Origin: Eledone cirrhosa | Lineage: Eukaryota | DNA: 64,000 bases | Assembly: GCA_964016885.1 (NCBI GenBank) | Contig: OZ024741.1 | Coordinates: forward strand, 212,598,001-212,662,000 | Direction: 5' to 3' | Notes under the pieces: model-generated | What the model was told of the DNA's origin: nothing | Databases searched by the model: none | What the model saw: only the letters and a program-made list of their open reading frames with translations | Made by a program: the position numbers and the translations under genes | Shown: one piece after another, positions 13,401 to 25,884 of the stretch | Layout of the letters: every line of letters starts with the position of its first letter | Position numbering within the stretch: the first letter of the stretch is position 1

Positions 13401-16400
13401 GGTGGTGTTACTGCTCTTGTTGTTGGTGGTGTTACTGCTCTTGTTGTTGGTGTTACTGCTGTTCTTGTTGTTGTTGGTGTTACTGCTGGTGTTGTTGTTG
13501 GTGGTGTTACTGCTGGTGTTGTTGTTGGTGGTGTTACTGCTGTTGTTGTTGTTGGTGTTACTGCTGTTGTTGTTGTTGGTGTTACTGCTGTTGTTTTTGT
13601 TGGTGTTACTGCTGTTGTTGTTGTTGGTGTTACTGCTGTTGTTTTTGTTGGTGTTACTGCTGTTGTTGTTGTTGTTGGTATTACTGCTGTTGTTGTTGTT
13701 GGTGTTACTGCTGTTGTTGTTGTTGGTGTTACTGCTGTTGTTTTTGTTGTTGTTACTGCTGTTGTTTTTGTTGGTGTTACTGCTGTTGTTTTTGTTGGTG
13801 TTACTGCTGTTGTTGTTGTTGGTGTTACTGCTGTTGTTGTTGTTGGTGTTACTGCTGTTGTTTTTGTTGGTGTTACTGCTGTTGTTGTTGTTGGTGTTAC
13901 TGCTGTTGTTGTTGTTGGTGTTACTGCTGTTGTTTTTGTTGTTGTTACTGCTCTTGTTTTTGTTGGTGTTACTGCTGTTGTTTTTGTTGGTGTTACTGCT
14001 GTTGTTGTTGTTGGTGTTACTGCTGTTGTTTTTGTTGGTGTTACTGCTGTTGTTGTTGTTGGTGTTACTGCTGCTGTTGTTGCTGGTGTTACTGCTGTTG
14101 TTGTTGGTGGTATTATTGTTGTTGTTGTTGGTGGTGTTACTGTTGTTGTTGTTGTTGGTGTTACTGCTGTTGTTGTTGGTGGTATTACTGATGTTGTTGT
14201 TGTTGGTGTTACTGCTGTTGTTGTTGGTCGTGTTACTGCTGTTGTTGTTGGTGGTGTTACTGCTGTTGTTGTTGGTGGTGTTACTGCTGTTGTTGTTGTT
14301 GGTGTTACTGCTGCTGTTGTTGGTGGTGTTACTACTGTTGTTGTTGGTGGTGTTACTGCTGTTGTTGTCCGTGTTGTTACTGCTGTTGTTGTTGGTGGTG
14401 TAACTGCTGTTGTTGTTGTTGTTGTTGGTGTTACTGCTGTTGTTGTTGTTGGTGTTACTGCTGTTGTTGTTGGTGGTGTTACTGTTGTTGTTGTGGGTGG
14501 CATTACTGCTGTTGTTGTTGTTGGTGTTACTGTTGTTGTTGTTGTTGGTGTTACTGCTGTTGTTGTTGGTGGTATTACTGCTGTTGTTGGTGGTGTTACT
14601 GCTGTTGTTGTTGGTGGTGTTACTGTTGTTGTTGTTCGTGGTGTTACTGCTGTTGTTGTTGTTGGTGTTACTGCTATTGTTGTTGGCGGTGTTACTGTTG
14701 TTGTTGTTGGTGGTATTGCTGCTGTTGTTGTTGTTGGTGTTACTGTTGTTGATGTTGTTGGTGTTACTGCTGTTGTTGTTGGTGGTGTTACTACTTTTGT
14801 TGGTGGTGTTACTGCTGTTGTTGTTGGTGGTGTTACTGTTGTGTTGCTGCTGCTGTTCCTGTTGTTGTTGTTGGTGGTGTTACTGCTGTTGTTGTTGGTG
14901 GTGTTACTGCTGTTGTTGCTGTTGGGGTTACAGCTGTTGTTGTTGTTGGTGTTACTATTGTTGTTGTTGGTGGTGTTACTGTTGTTGTTGTTGGTGGTAT
15001 TACTGCTGTTGTTGTTGTTGGTGTTACTGCTGGGTCTGTTGTCGTTGGTGGTGTTACTGCTGTTGTTGTTGGTGGTGTTACTGCTGATGTTGTTGGTGGT
15101 GTTACAGTTGTTGTTGTTGCTGGTGTTACTGCTGTTGTTGTTGTTGCCGTTACTGCTGTTGTTGTTGTTGGTGGTGGTGTTACTGCTGTTTTTGTCGGTG
15201 TTGTTACTGCTGTTGTTGTTGGTGGTGTAACTGCTGTTGTTGTTGTTGTTGGTGTTACTGCTGTTGTTGTTGTTGGTGTTACTGCTGTTGTTGTTGGTGG
15301 TGTTACTGTTGTTGTTGTGGGTGGTATTACTGCTGTTGTTGTTGTTGGTGTTACTGTTGTTGTTGTTGTTGGTGTTACTGCTGTTGTTGTTGGTGGTATT
15401 ACTGCTGTTGTTGGTGGTGTTACTGCTGTTGTTGTTGGTGGTGTTACTGTTGTTGTTGTTGGTGGTGTTACTGCTGTTGTTGTTGTTGGTGTTACTGCTG
15501 TTGTTGTTGGTGGTGTTACTGTTGTTGTTGTTGGTGGTATTGCTGCTGTTGTTGTTGTTGGTGTTACTGTTGTTGTTGTTGTTGGTGTTACTGCTGTTGT
15601 TGTTGGTGGTGTTACTACTTTTGTTGGTGGTGTTACTGCTGTTGTTGTTGGTGGTATTACTGCTGTGTTGCTGCTGCTGTTCCTGTTGTTGTTGTTGGTG
15701 GTGTTACTGCTGTTGTTGTTGGTGGTGTTACTGCTGTTGGTGGTGGTGTTACTGCTGTTGTTGTTGGTGGTGTTACTGTTGTTGTTGTTGGTGGTATTAC
15801 TGCTGTTGTTGCTGTTGGGGTTACAGCTGTTGTTGTTGTTGGTGTTACTATTGTTGTTGTTGGTGGTGTTACTGTTGTTGTTGTTGGTGGTATTACTGCT
15901 GTTGTTGTTGTTGGTGTTACTGCTGGGTCTGTTGTCGTTGGTGGTGTTACTGCTGTTGTTGTTGGTGGTGTTACTGCTGATGTTGTTGGTGGTGTTACAG
16001 TTGTTGTTGTTGCTGGCGTTACTGCTGTTGTTGTTGTTGCCGTTACTGCTGTTGTTGTTGTTGGTGGTGTTACTGCTGTTGTTGTTGGTGGTGTTACTGC
16101 TGTTGTTGTTGGTGTTGTTACTGCTGTTGTTGTTGGTGGTGTTACTGCTGATGTTGTTGTTGGTGTTACTGATCTTGTTGTTGTTGGTGTTACTGCTGTT
16201 GTTGTTGGTGGTGTTACTGTTGTTGTTGGTGGTGGTATTACTGCTGTTGTTGTTGTTGGTGTTACTGTTGTAGTTGTTGTTGGTGTTACTGCTGTTGTTG
16301 TTGGTGGTGTTACTGCTGTTGTTGGTGGTGTTACTGCTGTTGTTGTTGGTGGTGTTACTGTTGTTGTTGTTGGTGGTTTTACTGCTGTTGTTGTTGTTGG

Positions 16401-19400
16401 TGTTACTGCTGTTGTTGTTGGTGGTGTTACTGGTGTTGTTGTTGGTGGTATTACTGCTGTTGTTGTTGTTGGTGTTACTGCTGGGGCTGTTGTCGTTGGT
16501 GGTGTTACTGCTGCTGTTGTTCGTGATGTTACTGCTGTTGTTGTAGGTGGTGTTACTGTTGTTGTTGTTGTTGTTGTTGTTGTTTTTGTTACTTTTGTTG
16601 TTGCTGTCGGTGTTACTGTTGTTGTTGTTGGTGGTGTTACTGCTGTTGTTGTTGGTGAAGTCACTGCTGTTGTTGCTGTTGGGGTTACTATTGTTGTTGT
16701 TGTTGGTGTTACTGCTGTTGTTGTTGGTGGTGTTACTGCTCTTGTTGTTGGTGTTACTGTTGTTGTTGTTGGTGGTGTTACTGCTGTTGTTGTTGGTGGT
16801 GTTACTGTTGTTGTTGTTGGTGTTACTGCTGTTGTTGTTGGTGGTGTTACTGCTCTTGTTGTTGTTGTTACTGCTGATGTTGTTGTTGGTGTTACTGCTG
16901 CTGTTGTTGTTGGTGTTACTGCTGTTGTTGTTGGTGGTGTTACTGTTGTTGTTGTTACTGCTGATGTTGTTGTTGGTGGTGTTACTGTTGTTGTTGGTGG
17001 TGGTGTTACTGCTGGTGTTGTTGTTGGTGTTACTGCTGGTGCTTTTGTTGTTGGTGGTGTTACTGTTGTTGTTGTTGTTGGTGTTATTGCTGATGTTGTT
17101 GGTGGTGTTACTGCTGCTGTTGTTGTTGGTGTTACTGCTGTTGTTGTTGGTGGTGTTACTGCTGATGTTGTTGGTGGTGTTACTGCTGCTGTTGTTGTTG
17201 TTGTCGTTGTTACTGCTGTGGTTGCTGTTGTTGGTGTTACTGTTGTTGTTGTTGTTGGTCTTACTGCTGGTGTTGTTGTTGGTGGTGTTACTGCTGTTGT
17301 TGTTGGTGGTCTTACTGCTGGTGTTGTTGTTGGTGGTGTTACTGCTGTTGTTGTTGGTGGTGTTACTGCTGTTGTTTTCGTTGGTGTTACTGCTGGTGTT
17401 TTTGTTGGTGTTACTGTTGTTGTTGTTGTTGGTGTTACTGCTGTTGTTTTTGTTGGTGTTACTGCTGTTGTTGTTGTTGGTGTTACTGCTGTTGTTGTTG
17501 TTGATGTTACTGCTGTTGTTTTTGTTGGTGTTACTGCTGTTGTTGTTGTTGGTGTTACTGCTGTTGTTTTTGTTGGTGTTACTGCTGTGGTTGTTGGTGG
17601 TGTTACTGCTGTTGTTGTTGGTGGTGTTACTGCTGCTGTTGTTGTTGGTGTTAATGCTGTGTTCCTGCTGCTGTTACTGTTGTTGTTGGTGGTGGTGTTA
17701 CTGCTGTTGTTGTTGGTGGTGTTACTGCTGTTGTTGTTGGTGTTGTTACTGCTGTAGTTGTTGGTGGTGTTACTGCTGTTGTTGTTGGTGTTGTTACTGC
17801 TGTTGTTGTCGGTGTTGTTACTGCTGTTGTTGTTGGTGGTGTTACTGCTTTTGTTGATGGTGGTGTTACTGCTGCTGTTGTTGTTGGTGTTACTGCTGTG
17901 TTCCTGCTGCTGTTACTGTTGTTCTTGGTGGTGGTGTTGCTGCTGTTGTTGTTGTTGGTGTTACTGCTGTTGTTGTTGGTGGTGTTACTGTTGTTGTTGT
18001 TGGTGGTATTACTGCTGTTGTTGGTGTTATTGTTGTTGTTGTTGTTGGTGTTACTGCTGTTGTTGTTGGTGGTGTTACTGCTTTTGTTGGTGGTGTTACT
18101 GCTGTTGTTGTGTTGGTGTTACTGCTGTTGTTGTTGTTGGTGTTACTGCTGTTGTTTTTGTTGGTGTTACTGCTGTTGTTGTTGTTGTTGGTATTACTGC
18201 TGTTGTTGTTGTTGGTGTTACTGCTGTTGTTGTTGTTGGTGTTACTGCTGTTGTATTTGTTGTTGTTACTGCTGTTGTTTTTGTTGGTGTTACTGCTGTT
18301 GTTTTTGTTGGTGTTACTGCTGTTGTTGTTGTTGGTGTTACTGCTGTTGTTGTTGTTGGTGTTACTGCTGTTGTTTTTGTTGGTGTTACTGCTGTTGTTT
18401 TTGTTGGTGTTACTGCTGTTGTTGTTGTTGGTGTTATTGCTGCTGTTGTTGCTGGTGTTACTGCTGTTGTTGTTGGTGGTATTATTGTTGTTGTTGTTGT
18501 TGGTGTTACTGTTGTTGTTGTTGTTGGTGTTACTGCTGTTGTTGTTGGTGGTGTTACTGCTGTTGTTGTTGGTGGTATTATTGTTGTTGTTGTTGTTGGT
18601 GTTACTGCTGTTGTTGTTGTTGGTGTTACTGCTGTTGTTGTTGGTGGTGTTACTGCTGTTGTTGTTGGTGGTATTATTGTTGTTGTTGTTGTTGGTGTTA
18701 CTGCTGTTGTTGTTGTTGGTGTTACTGCTGTTGTTGTTGTTGGTGTTACTGCTGTTGTTTTTGTTGGTGTTACTGCTGTTGTTTTTGTTGGTGTTACTGC
18801 TGTTGTTGTTGTTGGTGTTATTGCTGCTGTTGTTGCTGGTGTTACTGCTGTTTTTGTTGGTGGTATTATTGTTGTTGTTGTTGTTGGTGTTACTGTTGTT
18901 GTTGTTGTTGGTGTTACTGCTGTTGTTGTTGGTGGTGTTACTGCTGTTGTTGTTGGTCGTGTTACTGCTGTTGTTGTTGGTGGTGTTACTGCTGTTGTTG
19001 TTGGTGGTGTTACTGCTGTTGTTGTTGGTGGTGTTACTGCTGTTGTTGTTGTTGGTGTTACTGCTGCTGTTGTTGGTGGTGTTACTGCTGTTGTTGTTGG
19101 TGGTGTTACTGCTGTTGTTGTTGTTGGTGTTACTGCTGCTGTTGTTGGTGGTGTTACTACTGTTGTTGTTGGTGGTGTTACTGCTGTTGTTGTCGGTGTT
19201 GTTACTGTTGTTGTTGTTGGTGGTGTAACTGCTGTTGTTGTTGTTGTTGGTGTTACTGCTGTTGTTGTTGTTGGTGTTACTGCTGTTGTTGTTGGTGGTG
19301 TTACTGTTGTTGTTGTGGGTGGTATTACTGCTGTTGTTGTTGTTGGTGTTACTGCTGTTGTTGTTGGTGGTGTCACTGCTGCTGTTGTTGTTGGTGGTAT

Positions 19401-19953
19401 TACTGCCGTTGTTGGTGGTGTTACTGCTGTTGTTGATGGTGGTGTTACTGTTGTTGTTGTTGGTGGTGTTACTGCTGTTGTTGTTGTTGGTGTTACTGCA
19501 GTTGTTGTTGGTGGTATTGCTGCTGTTGTTGTTGTTGGTGTTACTGTTGTTGTTGTTGTTGGTGTTACTGCTGTTGTTGTTGGTGGTGTTACTACTTTTG
19601 TTGGTGGTGTTACTGCTGTTGTTGTTGGTGGTGTTACTGTTGTGTTGCTGCTGCTGTTCCTGTTGTTGTTGTTGGTGTTACTGCTGTTGTTGCTGCTGGG
19701 GTTACAGCTGTTGTTGTTGTTGGTGTTACTATTGTTGTTGTTGGTGGTGTTACTGTTGTTGTTGTTGGTGGTATTACTGCTGTTGTTGTTGTTGGTGTTA
19801 CTGCTGGGTCTGTTGTCGTTGGTGGTGTTACTGCTGTTGTTGTTGGTGGTGTTACTGCTGATGTTGTTGGTGGTGTTACAGTTGTTGTTGTTGCTGGCGT
19901 TACTGCTGTTGTTGTTGTTGCCGTTACTGCTGTTGTTGTTGTTGGTGGTGGTG
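4420..19953. repeat. Higher-order tandem duplication, two copies of ~7766 bp (about 4420-12185 and 12186-19953)
   Basis: ORF-track twins are offset by 7765-7768 (4621/12386, 4986/12751, 7469/15237, 9990/17758). Rare variants such as gatggggct, ggtgaagtt and gttgtattt recur at that offset. Confidence 0.93.
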
Positions 19954-21290
19954 TTACTGCTGTTGTTGTCGGTGGTGTAACTGCTGTTGTTGTTGTTGTT
20001 GGTGTTACTGCTGTTGTTGTTGTTGGTGTTACTGCTGTTGTTGTGGGTGGTATTACTGCTGTTGTTGTTGTTGGTGTTACTGTTGTTGTTGTTGTTGGTG
20101 TTACTGCTGTTGTTGTTGGTGGTATTACTGCTGTTGTTGTCGGTGGTGTAACTGCTGTTGTTGTTGTTGTTGGTGTTACTGCTGTTGTTGTTGGTGGTGT
20201 TACTGTTGTTGTTGTGGGTGGTATTACTGCTGTTGTTGTTGTTGGTGTTACTGTTGTTGTTGTTGTTGGTGTTACTGCTGTTGTTGTTGGTGGTGTTACT
20301 GTTGTTGTTGTGGGTGGTATTACTGCTGTTGTTGTTGTTGGTGTTACTGCTGTTGTTGTTGGTGGTGTCACTGCTGCTGTTGTTGTTGGTGGTATTACTG
20401 CCGTTGTTGGTGGTGTTACTGCTGTTGTTGATGGTGGTGTTACTGTTGTTGTTGTTGGTGGTGTTACTGCTGTTGTTGTTGTTGGTGTTACTGCAGTTGT
20501 TGTTGGTGGTATTGCTGCTGTTGTTGTTGTTGGTGTTACTGTTGTTGTTGTTGTTGGTGTTACTGCTGTTGTTGTTGGTGGTGTTACTACTTTTGTTGGT
20601 GGTGTTACTGCTGTTGTTGTTGGTGGTGTTACTGTTGTGTTGCTGCTGCTGTTCCTGTTGTTGTTGTTGGTGTTACTGCTGTTGTTGCTGCTGGGGTTAC
20701 AGCTGTTGTTGTTGTTGGTGTTACTATTGTTGTTGTTGGTGGTGTTACTGTTGTTGTTGTTGGTGGTATTACTGCTGTTGTTGTTGTTGGTGTTACTGCT
20801 GGGTCTGTTGTCGTTGGTGGTGTTACTGCTGTTGTTGTTGGTGGTGTTACTGCTGATGTTGTTGGTGGTGTTACAGTTGTTGTTGTTGCTGGCGTTACTG
20901 CTGTTGTTGTTGTTGCCGTTACTGCTGTTGTTGTTGTTGGTGGTGGTGTTACTGCTGTTGTTGTCGGTGGTGTAACTGCTGTTGTTGTTGTTGTTGGTGT
21001 TACTGCTGTTGTTGTTGTTGGTGTTACTGCTGTTGTTGTGGGTGGTATTACTGCTGTTGTTGTTGTTGGTGTTACTGTTGTTGTTGTTGTTGGTGTTACT
21101 GCTGTTGTTGTTGGTGGTATTACTGCTGTTGTTGTCGGTGGTGTAACTGCTGTTGTTGTTGTTGTTGGTGTTACTGCTGTTGTTGTTGGTGGTGTTACTG
21201 TTGTTGTTGTGGGTGGTATTACTGCTGTTGTTGTTGTTGGTGTTACTGTTGTTGTTGTTGTTGGTGTTACTGCTGTTGTTGTTGGTGGTA
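19953..21290. repeat. 995-bp-period sub-duplication in the array (an 824-bp period is also seen at ~6630-8280)
   Basis: ORFs 20043/21038 and 6725/7549 start with the same sequence, and the diagnostic ggtgtaact variant recurs at these offsets. Confidence 0.8.
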
Positions 21291-23769
21291 TTACTGCTGT
21301 TGTTGGTGGTGTTACTGTTGTTGATGTTGGTGGTATTGCTGCTGTTGTTGTTGGTGGTGTTACTGTTGTTGATGTTGGTGGTATTGCTGCTGTTGTTGTT
21401 GTTGGTGTTACTGCTGTTGTTGTTGGTGGTGTTACTACTTTTGTTGGTGGTGTTACTGCTGTTGTTGTTGGTGGTGTTACTGCTGTGTTGCTGCTGCTGT
21501 TCCTGTTGTTGTTGTTGGTGGTGTTACTGCTGTTGTTGTTGGTGGTGTTACTGTTGTTGTTGTTGTTGTTGTTTTTTTGTTACTTCTGTTGTTGCTGTCG
21601 GTGTTACTGTTGTTGTTGTTGGTGGTGTTACTGCTGTTGTTGTTGGTGAAGTTACTGCTGTTGTTGCTGTTGGGGTTACTATTGTTGTTGTTGTTGGTGT
21701 TACTGCTGTTGTTGTTGGTGGTGTTACTGCTCTTGTTGTTGGTGTTACTGTTGTTGTTGTTGGTGGTGTTACTGCTGTTGTTGTTGGTGGTGTTACTGTT
21801 GTTGTTGTTGTTGTTACTGCTGATGTGTTGGTGGTGTTACTGTTGTTGTTGTTGGTGTTACTGCTGTTGTTGTTGGTGGTGTTACTGCTCTTGTTGTTGG
21901 TGTTACTGCTGATGTTGTTGTTGGTGTTACTGCTGCTGTTGTTGTTGGTATTACTGCTGTTGTTGTTGGTGGTGTTACTGTTGTTGTTGTTGTTACTGCT
22001 GATGTTGTTGTTGGTGGTGTTACTGTTGTTGTTGTTGGTGGTGTTACTGCTGGTGTTGTTGTTGGTGTTACTGCTGGTGCTGTTGTTGTTGGTGGTGCTA
22101 CTGTTGCTGTTGTTGTTGGTGTTATTGCTGATGTTGTTGGTGGTGTTACTGCTGCTGTTGTTGTTGGTGTTACTGCTGTTGTTGTTGGTGGTGTTACTGC
22201 TGATGTTGTTGGTGGTGTTACTGCTGCTGTTGTTGTTGTTGTCGTTGTTACTGCTGTGGTTGCTGTTGTTGGTGTTACTGTTGTTGTTGTTGTTGTTGGT
22301 CTTACTGCTGGTGTTGTTGTTGGTGGTGTTACTGCTGTTGTTGTTGGTGGTCTTACTGCTGGTGTTGTTGTTGGTGGTGTTACTGCTGTTGTTGTTGGTG
22401 GTGTTACTGCTGTTGTTTTCGTTGGTGTTACTGCTGTTGTTTTTGTTGGTGCTACTGTTGTTGTTGTTGTTGGTGTTACTGCTGTTGTTTTTGTTGGTGT
22501 TACTGCTGTTGTTGTTGTTGGTGTTACTGCTGTTGTCGTTGTTGATGTTACTGCTGTTGTTTTTGTTGGTGTTACTGCTGTTGTTGTTGTTGGTGTTACT
22601 GCTGTTGTTTTTGTTGGTGTTACTGCTGTGGTTGTTGGTGGTATTACTGCTGTTGTTGTTGGTGGTGTTACTGCTGCTGTTGTTGTTGGTGTTACTGCTG
22701 TGTTCCTGCTGCTGTTACTGTTGTTGTTGGTGGTGGTGTTACTGCTGTTGTTGTTGGTGGTGTTACTGCTGTTGTTGTTGGTGTTGTTACTGCTGTAGTT
22801 GTTGGTGGTGTTATTGCTGTTGTTGTTGGTGGTGTTACTGCTGTTGTTGTCGGTGTTGTTACTGCTGTTGTTGTTGGTGGTGTTACTGCTTTTGTTGTTG
22901 GTGGTGTTACTGCTGCTGTTGTTGTTGGTGTTACTGCTGTGTTCCTGCTGCTGTTACTGTTGTTCTTGGTGGTGGTGTTACTGCTGTTGTTGTTGTTGGT
23001 GTTACTGCTGTTGTTGTTGGTGGTGTTACTGTTGTTGTTGTTGGTGGTATTACTGCTGTTGTTGGTGTTATTGTTGTTGTTGTTGTTGGTGTTACTGCTG
23101 TTGTTGTTGGTGGTGTTACTGCTTTTGTTGGTGGTGTTACTGCTGTTGTTGTTGGTGGTGTTACTGTTGTTGTAGTTGGTGGTATTACTGCTGTTGTTGT
23201 TGTTAGTGTTACTGCTGTTGTTGGTGGTGTTACTGCTGTTGTTCGTGGTATTACTGCTGTTGTTGTTGTTGGTGTTACTGCTGCTGTTTTTCTTGTTCGG
23301 GTTACTGAGGTTGTTGTTGTTGGTGTTACTGCTGTTGTTGTTGGTGGTGTTACTGCTGTTGTTGTTGGTGGTGTTACTGCTGTTGTTGTTGGTGTTACTG
23401 TTGTTGTTGTTGTTGGTGTTACTGCTGTCGTTGTTGGTGGTGTTACTGCTGCTGTTGTTGTTGTTCGGGTTACTGATGTTGTTGTTGTTGTTAGTGTTAC
23501 TGCTGGTGTTGTTGGTGCTGTTACTGCTACTGTTGTTGTTGGTCGTGTTACTGCTGTTGTTGTTGTTGGTGTTACTGCTGTTGTTGTTGGTGGTGTTACT
23601 GCTGCTGTTGTTGTTGGTGGTGTTACTGCTGTTGTTGTTGGTGGTGTTACTGCTGCTGTTGTTGTTGGTGGTGTTACTGCTGTTGGTGTTGTTGGCCGTT
23701 GTGTTGCAGGTTCAGTTGTTGCTGTTGTTGCAGCTCTTGCTGTTGTTGCAGCTCTTGCTGCTGTTGCTG

Positions 23770-24417
23770 CTATTGACGTTGTTGCTGTTGTGGTTGCTGA
23801 TTTTGATGTTGTGCTGCTGTTGTTGCTGCAGTTGCTTTTTGCTTTACTTCTGTAGTTGTTATGGTTGCTGCCTCGGTTGCTGCTGCTGCTGTTGTCTTAC
23901 TGTTGGTGTGTATGTATATGTTTCTGATTTTGTAGGTGTTGCTGCTGCTTCTATCGCTGCTGATGTTGCTGCTTCTATTGCTGCTGATGTTGCTGCTACC
24001 TGCTGTTGCTGCTACTTCTGTTCTTGTTTTTACTGTTGCTGGTCTTTCTGTTGCTGCTGATGCTGCGGTTCTGTTAATGTTGATTGTTGTTGCTACTGTT
24101 GTTGTTACAGATTCTTCTTCTGCTACTAATATTGTTATTATTGTTGCTGATGTTGATCTTGTTGCTGCATCTGTTGTTGGTGCTACGATGGTTGTGATGG
24201 TTTGGCTACTGCTGCTGTTGTTGCTACTGTTGCTTCCGCTGCTGTTGTTGCTGCAGCGTATTCTGCTGCTACTGAAGCTGTTGTTGCTGCAGTTGCTGCT
24301 ACTACTGCTAATATGATTGCTGTTGTTCTCATTGCTCCTGTTGTTGTTGTTGTTATTGCTGTAGTTGCGGCTATTGTTATTGTTATTGCATTGAAAGCTA
24401 GTAACATTTTGTTGAAC
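23770..24417 (-). CDS. Candidate terminal coding exon, 215 codons, Asn/Ser then Thr/Ala low complexity (VQQNVTSFQCNNNNNSRNYS...QQQRQ*)
   Basis: Pyrimidine tract plus acceptor ttctcactcttcctattataacag|GTT at 24418/24417. The phase-0 frame was checked by hand and is open to TAG at 23772-23770. No recognisable domain. Confidence 0.3.
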   Translation of the reverse strand, partial: VQQNVTSFQCNNNNNSRNYSNNNNNNRSNENNSNHISSSSSNCSNNSFSSSRIRCSNNSSGSNSSNNSSSSQTITTIVAPTTDAATRSTSATIITILVAEEESVTTTVATTININRTAASAATERPATVKTRTEVAATAGSSNISSNRSSNISSDRSSSNTYKIRNIYIHTNSKTTAAAATEAATITTTEVKQKATAATTAAQHQNQQPQQQQRQ

Positions 24418-24477
24418 CTGTTATAATAGGAAGAGTGAGAAAGTAACGGTAACACAATACTTAAATTAAAATAACTG

Positions 24478-24517
24478 ACACACACACACACACACACACA
24501 TACACACATACACGCAT

Positions 24518-24548
<31 letters not shown>

Positions 24549-24680
24549 CATACACACACACACACATACACGCATACACACACACACACACTATTCATAC
24601 TCAGCTATTCGCAAACACATACATACACATACATACACACATACATACACATATTCATACACACATATTCACACATATGC

Positions 24681-24715
<35 letters not shown>

Positions 24716-24835
24716 TATGCATACATATGCATATATATATATATATAAACACAGATATACATACATATATACACCCAAATATGTATATACATATTTATAT
24801 ACACACATATACATACACACATACATACACATATT

Positions 24836-24929
<94 letters not shown>

Positions 24930-24962
24930 GTATGCATACATATATACAGACACACCATATAC

Positions 24963-24993
<31 letters not shown>

Positions 24994-25445
24994 CACACGT
25001 ATACATACACATATACACATCCTGGCACACACTATTTATTCTCAGATTATGACACAGACTGTTGTACGCACATACATACACACATTCATACACATATACA
25101 CATTATACATGTATGTATATTCATATATACATGATATATATATATATACACTAATATACATACGTGTATTTTTATTAACATGTACACATACGCACACACA
25201 CGACCTATTCATAGCTATTGGAAAATTCACATGCAGACACATACATAGACACACGTATATATACACATATCAAATTCTCAATGTTTCATGTACATATACA
25301 CACATATATATAGAGAGAGATATACACACGCATATACATAGATATATACATATACGCATTTACAGAAATATACACACACATATGCACACACATACACACA
25401 CATATACATACACATATACACATATACACCTACACACACATGCGT
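24478..25445. repeat. Compound (CA)n/(TA)n/(CATA)n microsatellite region
   Basis: Directly visible. Confidence 0.95.
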
Positions 25446-25502
25446 AGAGTTATTGACATAAGACCAACGTGATTGTTACGATTATTATAATCATTTCGGT
25501 AC

Positions 25503-25519
25503 TAGTAGTAGTAGTAGTT

Positions 25520-25565
<46 letters not shown>

Positions 25566-25620
25566 CAGTGGTGGCGTGGTGGTGGTGGTGGTTGTGGTAG
25601 TAGTAGTAGTAGTTGTAGTT

Positions 25621-25654
<34 letters not shown>

Positions 25655-25674
25655 CGCTGGTGGCGGTAGTAGTA
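25503..25674. repeat. (TAG)n/(GTG)n trinucleotide microsatellite
   Basis: Directly visible. Confidence 0.95.
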
Positions 25675-25780
25675 TTTGCTTGAATTAGAGGGATGTGAAT
25701 TTTTAGAAATTACAAGAATTCATTTCTTTTCTTAAATTAATAAGCATGAAATATCGTGAGAATATTATATATGTATGTCT

Positions 25781-25853
<73 letters not shown>

Positions 25854-25884
25854 GATATATATATATAAATATATTTTTATATAT

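Larger units (their letters stand above)
1..24410. repeat. Giant degenerate tandem array, ~21-bp unit GTTGTTGTTGGTGTTACTGCT (minus strand: TTTAVTP-like), continuing beyond the window start
   Basis: Unit directly visible throughout. Length variants are mostly in steps of 3 nt, with scattered frameshifts. It degrades into simple GTT/GCT low-complexity sequence from ~23690. Confidence 0.97.

Noticed and set aside
1-24060. Long plus-strand poly-Leu/Val/Cys ORFs
   Set aside because: By-products of a GT-rich repeat that lacks stops in all three plus frames. They overlap each other and have implausible composition.
1-24200. ctgatg occurrences in the array as hammerhead cores
   Set aside because: Simple GCT/GAT variants with no stem II or GAAA.
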